A DNA stretch of 63,617 nt, filler included, from Chiloscyllium plagiosum (taxonomy: Eukaryota), in NCBI RefSeq assembly GCF_004010195.1. It is 4 parts of one record of this genome, joined end to end, with 100 filler letters (N's around TTAATTAATTAA, not from the genome) between each part and the next. Parts side by side here need not be neighbours in the genome. Positions count along the whole stretch, not along the records: positions 1 to 25,556 come from NC_057716.1; 3 more parts are not named here. One strand, written 5' to 3'. The position numbers and the translations under genes were made by a program. Of the stretch, positions 1 to 11,300 are shown piece after piece. Numbering within the stretch: the stretch's first letter is position 1; every line of letters begins with the position of its first letter. The notes below the pieces were generated by a model. That model was not told the DNA's origin, did not search any database, and saw nothing but the letters and a program-made list of their open reading frames with translations.

Positions 1-250
1 GTTACAAGGGGACATAAATTTAATGTGAAGGGTGGAAGGTATGGGGGGATGTCAGGGGTAGGTTCTTTACCCAGAGAGTGGTGGGGGCATGGAATGCGCT
101 GCCTGTGGGAGTGGCAGAGTCAGAATCATTGGTGACCTTTAAGCGGCAATTGGATCGGTACATGGATGGGTGCTTAAGCTAGGACAAATGTTCGGCACAA
201 CATCGTGGGCCGAAGGGCCTGTTCTGTGCTGTATTGTTCTATGTTCTATG
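1..250 (+). mobile_element. CR1/HER1-type LINE 3' end fragment
   Basis: Encodes VTRGHKFNVKGGR..FFTQRVVGAWNALP (CR1 ORF2 C-terminus), followed by 3' UTR and a (tgttcta)n tail. Confidence 0.85.
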
Positions 251-340
251 TTCTGGAGCCATGCAAATGTTTCTTTATTAAGTATTCTACTTCCCTTTCA
301 AGCCCTGCAGGTAGGTAAAGTGGCTGAGCAAAAAAATTCT

Positions 341-557
341 CATCTTCTCTTTCATCCTTTTGTTAGTTAACCTATATCTGTCTCCTCCGGTTGACTGACC
401 TTCTTGCAGTAGAAACAGTTTTTCGTTATTTATGCTATCAAAATCTCTCCAAAAGTTGAACATCTCTGTTAACATATGTTGGTGTATGTCACCGTGCTAC
501 ATCAATGTCAAACCTACAGCATGTGTAAGATTCTACACCAAACATACTACATGTGCT
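341..557. repeat. Left arm of a ~215-bp diverged inverted repeat flanking ERV-A (partner 22812-23021)
   Basis: Reverse complement agcacatgtagtatgtttggtgtagaa..tgacattgatgtagcacggtgacatac aligns to 22812 onward. Confidence 0.8.
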
Positions 558-734
558 TCAACCAAATGGTCATGTGTGAAAATTGAAGAGGTGTAGTACT
601 TACTTGAGGTAAAGGGGAATTATGTTTAATCAGAAGGTACCGACACACTTCGTCAAGTGCATCACTGATATCAATCCAGGGGACTCACCACGGTCAGTCC
701 TACAGGTCAAGTCAAACCGGTCCAGTGGTACAGG

Positions 735-1234
735 TGAGGATATGGGCCTCTGGGAGGTAGGCCAAAATGGCTTCTCCAAATTCTGCATTACTAAATTAAA
801 ATTGCTGTGAACCAGTCAGAAACAAGAAACCACAGACTGTTGTAATTCCGATAAAAAAAACAGAAATAACGATGGCGGTCGAACATAATAGTTCCCTATG
901 TGGAAGTTCTACTGATAGTCCTTAAAGCCATTTAAATAACTAACCACATTTGCAAGCAATCAATATCATTGGTTCAATTTACTACCCACGAAGTAATTCA
1001 TCGGATCTAACAATGCCATCATGCTCATATTGGATGATGATAAATGTATTTAAGTCTTATGCAAACTTTGTAAGGTTCTTGGATTCTTTTGATGGCCAAG
1101 AAGTTTTCCTACTTCTGGGCGAATCAGAGTTTACCAGCCCAGCGCTGAAACATACAATAAATGATTGTTTGCTTGTTGGACAAAGAGTCTTTTACGGGTG
1201 TGATAATTGACCGATCGCGAAACCGAGTGACTCA
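735..1234 (+). repeat. ERV-A 5' LTR
   Basis: TG..CA termini (tgaggatat..gactca); near-identical to 21868-22344; aataaa at ~1156. Confidence 0.95.
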
Positions 1235-2064
1235 ACTCGGTACGGACAGAGCATCAGCAGCGGAGTAAGTGCCTTGAGACCACCACGATTAGGTGAAGAG
1301 GGCTTGGCCACCCAGTATTTCCTCCTCCGTTTGGTTTTCCTCTCACTTGTTTCGGGGTGGGCTCTACCCTTCGCTGACTTTGGTTCTGATCCAACCCGAC
1401 AAAGTATCGGTCGCAGAAATTTACATTTTAAGAAGTTTTGGCGTTGAATACTGGTTTTAGAATTATACATGATCAATTGGTCAAAAAGGAAATGATTAAG
1501 AAGTTGTGAATTTTGTTTATTAAAGGCAGATTGCCATGAGAAAAAAAGATGTAGGAACTGAGTTACTTGGACAAATAGGAATATAAGGTAAACGTTGTGG
1601 GTCTCGAGGATATACGTATGTAATTGAAAAAGTTAATCAAGATTAGTTTGGGAAGACAATCTTGTGTTTGGGGGTAGAGTTAAAATAAATTTCAGTCTTC
1701 TATTTTCCTGCATTGCAGACTTGTTAAACGACTCTAAAAACTTGTCCTGAACTGCATGATCAAGGAGGAAATTGTAGGATGTGTGTGTGTGACAGAGAGA
1801 GAGAGAGAGAGCAGTTTGTTCCCCTTCAGCCTGTGGAAGATTTAACTCATTGTTGTCTGGTTTGAATGCCTATTTGTTTACTAGTGTTTGAATGTTTCTG
1901 TCTTGTTATCTGGAGCTCCAAACGTAAACGTCTTGATTAAAGAAATTGTGATTTAGACATTTAAATTTGATTTGAAAATTGTATTTTAAACATTTACATT
2001 CACTTTAAAAAGTCTTTTAGTATTGTGTTGTTCTATATGTTGAAATATTCACCTGTTTTAAATT

Positions 2065-3075
2065 ATGAAAATAAGAAAGTATGATAAATTATATAAATTC
2101 GACCATTGCGAAAGATTATCCTTTGTAGGTGTTACGTGATAAATATCTGGAAAAAAGCCCAAAGTTTTAGACAGTTGTCTGGTGACCCAAACAAAAAGTT
2201 GGGAGTTGAACAATGGCCATTTGGAGGGTCGAAGAATTTAGACATGGTAAAGTCAGCCCAACAGCAAATTTGGTGGAAAAATATGGGCTCAAAGAAAAAC
2301 TAAAGAATTAATTAGACTTTGCCATTACTATTGTTATGAACTGAAAATGTGTTGCTGGAGGATTCGCTGAAGAAGGAGGCCATCTGGGTTGTACGGTTTT
2401 GGAACTGGTCCTCCTGGGAGCAGATGCGGTGGAGATGAAGGAATTGGGAATATGGGATGGTGCTTTTACAGGGGGCAGGGTTGTTATGAACTTAAAGATA
2501 ATTCTTTACTTGCTTCTTGGTATGAAAATGCTACTAAATTGGGCATCAAATTGACCGACGGTGGTATTCTTAAACCGGTTGAAGCTCTCAAAAAGGAATG
2601 TGCACTTGAGAAAAGGTTAAAATCTGAACAATCTCTATATAAATGTAATGATACTAAAGAACTGCGCAGTTCAATGGTTGGCCTTAGTTTGAGTGCGGGA
2701 GACAATGAACATTCGGATTTGGATGACTGGTGTTCCTCTTTACACAATACACCACAATCCCATCTCTGCTATCTCCTGGTTCCCCTTCCCCTTTTAGTCC
2801 CCAACCTACAGCCCCTGTAGACCCTTCTCAACTTACTACTACAATTCCAAATCCTCCACTGCTGGCAGGTTTGCCTCCCGCCTATCACACGGTGGACCTT
2901 CCCAACTCTCAGACCTCTGCTGTTCCCCTCCAGTCGACCCCTACTCCTTCTCATCAACTTCCTGTCACTTCCCCTATTGATGACAGTACCCAGACTTATG
3001 CTGTCTAGCTTCAATCTTCAGACCTACCCTCTTCCCAAGGTAGGGGATGATACACCATCTTTTTCCCAATAACTG
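2065..3075 (+). pseudogene. gag: ERV-A gag remnant (matrix-like N-terminus plus Pro-rich linker; no CA/NC recognised)
   Basis: Lies between leader and protease; EQWPFGGS motif; ELRSSMVGLSL..DLDDW block is homologous to ERV-B gag; frameshifts and stops. Confidence 0.7.
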
Positions 3076-3109
3076 ACTAATTTTCCTCTGAGTTCTTTAT
3101 CTCATGAAC

Positions 3110-3640
3110 AGGAACCTACAGTTCTGCTTAAAATTGTAAGTCGATGGTACCCCTTTTTTGATTGACATGGGAGCTTCAATGTCTTCAGTGACATCCGACA
3201 TGAATCTTCCAATTTCCAAGAAGAACCAAGGTTTCCAAGGTGAGACTCATTTGTATGCAGTTTCTGATCCAGTTTCCATCTATTTCCAGTGTTATTCCTT
3301 GCACCGTCGCTTTATTACCACTACATTATCCTACAGCCTGATGGGGACGAGACTTGTTGTGTGCCTTTCAAGTCAAGCTTGCATGTTCCCCTGATGGTGA
3401 AAGTGAGGTTTGCAGATGCTGGAGATCAGAGCTGAAAATGTGTCGCTGGAAAAGCGCAGCAGGTCAGGCAGCATCCAGGGAACAGGAGAATCAACGTTTC
3501 GGGCATAAGCCCTTCTTCAGGAAGCCATTCCTGAAGAAGGGCTTATGCCCGAAACGTCAATTCTCCTGTTCCCTGGATGCTGCCTAACCTGCTGCGCTTT
3601 TCCAGCAACACATTTTCAGCTCTGTTCCCCTGATGGTATC
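3110..3640 (+). pseudogene. pro: ERV-A aspartic protease (interrupted by a PLE insertion)
   Basis: FLIDMGASMSSV (DTG->DMG, consistent with CpG decay, 3164-3172) and downstream LMGRD-type motif (ctgatggggacgagac, frameshifted). Confidence 0.85.
3399..3622. mobile_element. Palindromic PLE pseudo-LTR insertion (inverted pLTR pair)
   Basis: ~95-bp inverted arms around 3520; 15-bp TSD tgttcccctgatggt at 3384-3398 and 3623-3637; hammerhead-like core ctgaagaagggcttatgcccgaaacgtc. Confidence 0.85.
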
Positions 3641-4000
3641 CAACGTGAGCCTGATTCAGTTGAAGGCCAGTTGTACATATCCACCAAACCTCACTGGTGG
3701 TCACTTGACCTCGGTCCTCAAAGCTTAGATGGTCATGTAACCCTTGCCTATGATCGAACAGGCAAAGACAAATCCCTCAAAGATTTTTTCATAAACCTTA
3801 TTGGTACTGAATGGACTTGGCCCAAGTTACTGGGCCAGAAGGTGAAACAGACTACATTCAAATACTGGCTCACCTGTGGAAACAGGCAAACACATCAGCA
3901 CCCCACATCACTCAAAGTCAATCTGCCTTACCATGCTTGAGATTTGGGTCCACTGGTCCACAATGCAACCATCAAAGCAGATCTCTATTGTCGTCATCTG
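3640..4000 (+). pseudogene. 2H-phosphoesterase domain between PR and RT of ERV-A
   Basis: Two HxT motifs: GHVTLAY (3734-3742) and APHIT (3904-3912), continuing after a frameshift as LKVNLPYHA*DLGPLV. Confidence 0.75.
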
Positions 4001-4139
4001 CAAACACTCCCAGGAGGAATAACTGTCCTCTACTACTCCCAACACATCCCTCACCAAACCACACTCCTGCATCATGAAGATAGAGAGATATCCTTGATTT
4101 CGTCCACCCTGATGTAAGGCTGAATCATCCTCCCACATT

Positions 4140-4521
4140 GGACTTGTGGAATGTGAACCCATTCGGATTTCTCTCAAACAGAGTGCTACCCTACCATCCA
4201 TCTGCCAATATCCACTGAAGCAACAAGCAATACCGAGCCTTACCGCTCTGATTGATGACTTTCTCCGCCAAGGCATCCCAGTCCCTTGCCAGTCACCCTA
4301 TAACACTCCGATTATGGCCATCCCAAAACCTGACAGGCTGGACCAATATAGACTTGTTCAAGGCTTAAGAGCTATTAATGCTATTGTGCAGCCCTTCCAT
4401 GCCCTGGTCCCAAATCCAGCCCATATCCTAGCCTCTGTTCCATCAGATGCTAAAGATTTTGCTGTAGTCGACCTACAACATGCCTTTTTTTTCTCTCCCT
4501 CTTCATGAAGACAGCTAGTAC
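4140..4521 (+). pseudogene. pol: ERV-A reverse transcriptase, N-terminal part
   Basis: QYPLKQ..CQSPYNTPIMAIPKP..YRLVQGLRAIN..VPNP..VDLQHAFF; cut by ERV-B insertion. Confidence 0.95.
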
Positions 4522-5089
4522 TGAAGATCTGCGTCCCCTCAAGAGGGGCTTCTTGGTTCGAGATCGGTCAAAGGAATCGACAAATGCGGTCTATTCAAAA
4601 AGCAAGGTTCATTAGTTTATTAAATTAAGGTGTTGCAATTCTATCCAGCAACACAGATTGAAGCTTCTGTGTTTCGGGGTGAAGTTGCGCAATTACATTT
4701 GAAAATTACACATTATTCATATGTTTCTTTTAAGAAATAGTACAGCCTTAATTACAAGTAAGACCAATCACATATCATAAGGTGACATGATTTATAGCAA
4801 GTTAATCCAATTATATTTTCTTTAAGAAGGATATCTAATTTACGTAAATTGTCATGCCATGTATTAGTTCAAGGTTAGTTCAAATAGTCAATTAATGTGT
4901 CAGTGTTCATCTTATGAAAACTCCATTGTCCTCTTATCTTTGAACTGCAAGTTAATTCTGCAAATCAGCAGTATGTTCAGCAGTATGGTTTACAGGCCAT
5001 TTTGTAGTATTCTTTTAAATTGAGAAACCATTTTGTTGAAATAAAAATCTACATATTTGTGTTGCCTAAATTCCAATTTTAGATCCTCA
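4522..5089 (-). repeat. ERV-B 3' LTR
   Basis: TG..CA termini; near-identical to 16320-16886; preceded on - strand by PPT. Confidence 0.95.
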
Positions 5090-5104
5090 TTCCCCCCCAC
5101 CTTT
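5090..5104 (-). promoter_or_regulatory. ERV-B polypurine tract
   Basis: aaaggtgggggggaa immediately before TGAGGAT (U3 start) on - strand. Confidence 0.9.
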
Positions 5105-5142
5105 GGTCATTTTATGACCACACCATAAAGGCATGGATCAAA

Positions 5143-7050
5143 TCAATCCAATTCAATGGCAGCAAAGCACTGCCATACTTCCTCTTCCTCCGAAGGGGAA
5201 CTAAGGGCAGGCAATGGTGTTTCCTCGTCTTCATCTAAGTGGAGAAGGAGCATTTTCTGGATAGAGCCAATATTGTCAACAGAAGTTGATATTTTAGCAA
5301 TAATACACGTAACTGTAGCAATATCAATAAAAAGACCAATTAAAACAATAGCACCATACAAATACATATTCATTAATCAGTTATACCCATGAGCCAAACC
5401 CCAATCTTCCCATCCCGCACTTTCGTTCATTTGGTTGACAAAAGTGTGAATATTATCAATATGTCTAGTAATGTTTTCGAAAAGATCAGTGACCCTCGTA
5501 ATGCATTTTCCTTTAACTATAGCGCAAAATCCACCTTCCTAAGCAAGTATGTAATCGGTTTTGTTGGGCAAATAGGCGCAATTCAGAAAGCATTTCTAAT
5601 TTCTATTAAGCTAGCAGTTGTCTCATTTCCCAAAATTGTGAGTCCAACAATGAGATAATTATGGTTTTGATGACTAATAATTCTTAAGGACTCTCCTAAT
5701 GAAAGAACACCAAGAGCTGCATATGCCAATGAGTGTGTTTTATTTCTTGATATGGTCTTTGGATTCTTCCATTCTGCAGAGAAGTCAGGAGAAACTGTAT
5801 GTTTGAAAGAGGAATTATGATTTCATTGCCAGGTAATTGGACATGGAACAGGAGTTGGAAATAGTATTCCTACAGCTACGACACAAGGACTACTTGCTCT
5901 ATTCAGGACAAGGTAGTTAGCTGCCTTATTATAACTGAAAAATAATATCCATGTTTAGCATAGGCAATAGAGGGACCTTCCCAGTGAGGTGCAGGCCTAT
6001 ATTTATGACTTCCTGGGGTATGTGGATAATCCATGATTACATAATTCAGCCCTGGGTGCTGAGGGTGAAAATCATCCAGTACTAATGAGGTGAGTTTCTT
6101 GATAAGAAACATGGTCAACATCACAAAATGGTTCTTCCCCTCCAATAACTGGTGCCATTAGGGGTATCATAATGAAGGTGTGTGTTGTTACTTCTCCACA
6201 TAGAGTTTGAATTCCAGTGATAATAGGGATATATTTCGTTAAGCAAGGTCCTTCAGAAAAGTAGTGACGACTAATACATTTAATCATAGCACAAAAAAAA
6301 ATACGCACTCTAACATAAGCGCACCCCCATTCCTTGTAGTAATTTGGATAGGATATTGCGGATTTATTGAAGGAAGTCCATAAGCAAGTAACAGGTGGGG
6401 ATAGGTAATAACTAAAAAGGTACCCCCATTCCATACCCCCATGTTAGGATTTGGAAGGATAAAACGGGTCAGGGAGTCTCTTACTGAAGTAAGGGCATAA
6501 CAAATTACTTCATCCTCTCCAAAAATGTTATTATAGGTTTCTAGAAACATACCTTCTTTTACTACATGATCTATCTGAAAGGGGATAAGGCTTATCAGGG
6601 ATGCCCATAGTACAAATGTAATCAAACTGGCACACAGCAGTTTTACATGGTAAGGACCATTTAGACTTGTTCTGTAAATGAACTGTTAATTTTTTATGCA
6701 GCTGACCACTGCAAAAGTCTTTCTTGGCAACATTCAGTCTTTTGGTACACAAGGACATTTTCCTGGCATAGTTGGTACACAGTCTCTGTTTGTTCAGGAT
6801 CGCACAGGTAAACTGTCCCTTCTTGTGCACCAATGCTGGCAATGGCAAGTCCACACAACAGGTCAAATTCGATCTTTATCATCTCCCCTTGCAAGGTTGG
6901 AGACCGTGAAGTATCCATTGTAATAAAGTATAAACTATTTCCTCCTTGTATGTAAGTATATACAATATACATATATTCAATTAAAATAGGCAGCAGCAAA
7001 GAAGTAACACAAACTAATCTGATAGAGGTCACCCATTTTCTGGTTTGAGT
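5143..7050 (-). pseudogene. env: ERV-B envelope (SU+TM), frameshifted; start approximate
   Basis: KHTVSPDFSAEWKNP, NYLIVGLTILGNETT, ELRLFAQQNR, EGGFCAIVKGKCIT, membrane anchor YLYGAIVLIGLFI and C-terminal AIELD*; SU block MFLETYNNIFGEDEVICYAL matches ERV-A SU. Confidence 0.9.
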
Positions 7051-7294
7051 ATTGCGGGAGTACCTTATTTGAGGCCATAATTTGTGCTCTTCAGCAGGCT
7101 CGTAGCCTAAGAGCAATTTTGAAATAAATAATTCTCAAATTAATCAAACTCAAATAGCCCGCTGGAGTAAATATATTGCCCATACTGGCAAAAAGTTCAT
7201 TCATTTTAAATTATGCACTAGCATTCTCTTCCTACCCATTATTTTCTTATTTTATATGGAAAAGCCCGGGCATGGGTGAATTAAGCAAACCTTT

Positions 7295-7603
7295 TTTTTT
7301 AGATTAGATTAGATTACATTACAGTGTGGAAACAGGCCCTTTGGCCCAACAAGTCCACACCGACCCGTCGAAGCGCTACCCAATCATACCCCTTACCTAA
7401 CACTACGGGCAATTTAGTATGGCCAATTCACCTGACCTGCACATCTTTGGACTGTGGGAGGAAACCGGAGCAGCCCGAGGAAACCCACGCAGACACGGGG
7501 AGAACGTGCAAACTCCACACAGTCAGTCGCCTGAGGCGGGAATTGAACCCCAGACTCTGGCGCTGTGAGGCAGCAGTGCTAACCACTGGGCCACCGTGCC
7601 ACC
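7295..7603 (-). mobile_element. HE1-type tRNA-derived SINE
   Basis: A box (ggcacggtggcccagtggttagc), B box (ggttcaattccc), conserved core and (aatct)n tail. Confidence 0.9.
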
Positions 7604-7619
7604 CACAAACCTATTGATA

Positions 7620-8980
7620 TAAATCCAGCTTTGCTGGGATGTAATGCTCTTTGAAGTTTTGCTGTTTTAAAAAAATATCTATATTATCTAAAATTTAGAT
7701 TAGTTCTGCAATATATATATAAGTGTTCTTTGTTTTTTAAAAAAACATTAACATTGTGCCCAATTAAATGGCTTGATCTACAGCTTTAGTTAGTAGTAAC
7801 TAGAATTAAATGTAGAAATCTGATGATGATTTTGAGAAAAGTCGGTAATAAATATTCGCTGGAGGGCAATGCCATCCCCAAATTATGGTAACATTACACA
7901 AAGCTTTCAAACGACATTGAAATTTTTCTAATATTGAGGTAACCCTAGAATATAGATATTGGTACAGTCCTAAAATTATAAGCCATCACTGTTCAGTATT
8001 AAATATCTAAGTGAAGATAATAGCTCAGCCAGACACCCCTTCTTTGATCTAACAGCCCAATCCAAAAGTAAATCAAATCAACCAGTGTGTATTCTTACAA
8101 GCTCCATTCACAAAGCAAAGATATTTAGGCTTAGCGTCCATGTATGAAATCAAATCACTTGATAATTCAGTCAGTAGTATATTGTAGTATAAAGTGCCTG
8201 TAAATATTTCAGAAATGGAAATTTGCAAATTACTTCCAAATTTCAAAACAATGTTGAAAACAATCCAAACACTAAATCTGTATGATTACAGTCAGTAAGC
8301 AAAAGAGAAATCAACCTCTACATTGTGAATTGGCACTAAACAGACAGTATCATTCCCCTGTAATTTTGCACCTTACCCAGGTCTGGCATACCGGTCCTTT
8401 ATACAGTGTGTAAACGGGTTATGCTAGGGACCCTATGGGATCAGAGGTTTGAGTTGTAAGGCTAACTGCTTGGCAGCTGCATATACTTGCCCAGTATCAT
8501 TTTCATCAGCATGAGCCAGATATCTTGATAACTGTCAGATTGATTGGACAAAATATCATTACTATAATGCTGCCCCCCCCCCCCCTTGGGAGTTAAAAAT
8601 CTTCAATGTTCCCACAAGGCTCCAAAATCGTGGATCATATTAAAACCACAATGAAGAGTCAGTATATATTAGTAGATTTTCCTTTTGATAGGATGGAAAC
8701 CTGTCGATTCCCAACATCAGCTCTGAGGTAACATTAAAGACACATTACTCCACATTGGCCACATTTCAACAGTTAAAGCATGGGGCAAGCATTTGTCTCT
8801 GGGTTTCTTTTTTGAGGTCTTGTTGCCAGTCACAAAGGTTAAATGTTGGGACCTGCCTGTCCCTATTTTCAGTGTCACCTTGGGAAAGTGTTGTCCAGCA
8901 GTGGTCGTCGGGTAGGTACATGAGGTAGATTCCGCACCCAGTGGGTATCCTGGTTCCAATCAACCCTGGACTGGTTTGTA
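7620..8980 (-). pseudogene. pol: ERV-B RNase H/integrase remnant, highly decayed
   Basis: LSKGKSTNIYTDS..MIHDFGALWEH*RFLTPKG and LTVIK..AHA (RNase H, ~8450-8700); LNSDG and LKALCNVTIIWGWHCP resemble IN core. Confidence 0.6.
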
Positions 8981-9414
8981 CTGTTGGTCTGGATCATGTT
9001 AGTGACTCCATCCAGAAAACATTGTAAAAGCATACGGTTAAATAAATGTAATTGAGCTTCTTGATTATTGTTCAATTGTTTGTCACTTCCATCAGACAGA
9101 TAGGCGCATATTTCAGACTTGTAACACAGGCCATTCGTATTCAGGCTACTCCTAGAATTTTACCGCATTTGCATCCGTATCACACTTGGACATACTGAGC
9201 AAATTTGGCCGGTTTGGTCTTGCAGTCAGGGGCATGCTTCATTAACATTACTCTAGTCCCTGGGATGGAACCCGGTTTAGGATGGCGCAAGTCACTCATC
9301 CCCATGATATCGACTATGAAGACTGAATGCTTCATTTTCAAAAGAAGGAAAAGTTTCAACAAGTAGATGCTTTAAATTAAGGCTGGGGACAATCAGGAGA
9401 TGATTCAATTTCCT

Positions 9415-9695
9415 AGAGTGTGGAAACAGGCCCAACAAGTCCACACCAATTATACGAAGAATAAACCACGCAGACTCATTTCCCTCTAACTAATGCACCC
9501 AGCACTATGGGCAATTTGGCATGGCCAGTTCACCTGACCTGCACATCTTTGGACTGTGGGAAGAAACTGGAGCACTCGAAGAAAACCCACACAGACACAG
9601 GGAGAATGTGCAAACTCCACACAGACAGCCATCCGAGGCTGGCATTAAACCAGGGACCCTGGCACAGCAAGGCAGCAGTGCCAACCACATGGCCA
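9415..9695 (-). mobile_element. HE1-type SINE
   Basis: Same core as 7295-7603. Confidence 0.85.
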
Positions 9696-10449
9696 CAGGG
9701 CTCAGCAGGTATACAGGAACAACATCTCAATTCTCAAAAGGGGTCGGTATGCCAGACATAGCCTCGGGATTCCGAGTAGAATCTAAGTTTTTTTATTTCA
9801 CAGTATTGTTGCTTTAACCTTGTTTATATATTCCTCAACCTTAGTGGCCTTACATTGTTTTCTCATGTTATTTCTATTTTTTAATATACATATATAGAAA
9901 ACCATTCACAGTCACCTCCCCAACTTTTGGGAGTTTCATCTACCATATATGTACCTATCCCTATCCCCAATCATATGCAAACTTTCTTAAACTGGCCAGT
10001 AATGTAGCTTTCCATTCTTTAATTAACAATGAACTAATGCAGTCATGTTTTAAATTAGCCATGAATCAATATGACAGGTCACTGAGAATGTATGAAGGAA
10101 TCCTGCCAATTAATATTGATTCAGGCTAATACAATTGATTTATTATAAATATTAATAAAATAAATAATAATATATAATTAATAATATTTATAATAATAAA
10201 TACAATAATCATTATCTTTAATTCAGGGTGGAAACCCAATAAGTGACTAAAACATTTTAAAAATTGTACTCTGCTGCTTTATCCTTCTTATTGCATCATT
10301 CTCTTCCCTTCTGTAGTTGATCTCCTTGTCTCTATTTTCATTTTAACTTCATTTAACCAATTTATTAATTTATGCTTGTCTAACTTTAAAGCCTGTTCCT
10401 AACTATACATTTTGGAATCTTATTTGTCATATTCTGAAAGGTAATTTTA

Positions 10450-11300
10450 GAATTTGAATTTTCAGCTAATCAAAAACTGCAAGAGGAGAATAACTAAATA
10501 GGTGACTTGTCCTAGTCATTGTGTCACATAGCTGTGACATTATGGAGCTTGCCAACTCCATGAAATAGGGCAGTGGTGCTACAAAAGAAATAATGATTGA
10601 TATACCACTCTATTCCTCGATATGTTTGGCCTAACCAATGTCCCTATTTTCCAAAAGTTGGAATGCTGGGTGACCGCAGTGCCTGCTTAAGTCAGGCAGT
10701 AGTCCTTTTCATCATTAGGGACACCTAATGATATGGATAGAATTTAGTTTATGTTTAATTTTTAGAGAGAGCACTGAGCGGAGTGGTACCAAGTGTACTT
10801 TATGCATTACTGAGTGTGGATACATCTGAAGAAGATTATGAAGAATAAGTAAGTTTTCAATTATTTTTGTGGACATTGGAGGATCAACAGAGCTTAGTTC
10901 TCAATGTCTTGCTTTTGAGAGTGGATCTTCTCTGTGGTAATATATCAATGGTCATTTTTAATAATATCTGAGTAACATAAAACATTTTATTTTCTTATAT
11001 AAATATATATTTATAAATTATATATAAATTGGAAATTCATTTATTCAGTATTTAATATTTAAAATGTAAAATGCATACAGTTCCCTAGTTTGAAATCCAC
11101 TATAATTGCCCAGTTTTAGTCCCTTAATTTAAATCCAAAATTAGTTTTCTTAAGTAGTCCTGACCAGTCATTGCTCAATTACAATACCGGAAGGTCAAAT
11201 AACCAGAACAGCCTTAAAAGGATTTGTCTTTTCAAGTTAAAAAAAAACTACCAATGCATGAATAATGGCCGAATCCAAGGACACAGATATTAACCATAAG
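10450..11300 (-). pseudogene. pol: ERV-B RT/connection remnant, highly decayed
   Basis: LKQAL..P and ASSIMSQL..HLFS, compared with ERV-A LKQALSQAP and ASSVLTQLHGDQHRPIAYFS; no intact YxDD recognised. Confidence 0.45.

Noticed and set aside
5143..7050. Domesticated (syncytin-like) env
   Set aside because: Both envs carry multiple stops/frameshifts, and the ERV-A env is disrupted by insertions
7295..7603. tRNA genes at SINE heads
   Set aside because: tRNA-like A/B boxes continue into the SINE core and tail; multiple dispersed copies
7620..9400. WDSV-like accessory genes (e.g. retroviral cyclin) in ERV-B
   Set aside because: The region is better explained by decayed RNase H/IN; no cyclin or other accessory ORF recognised
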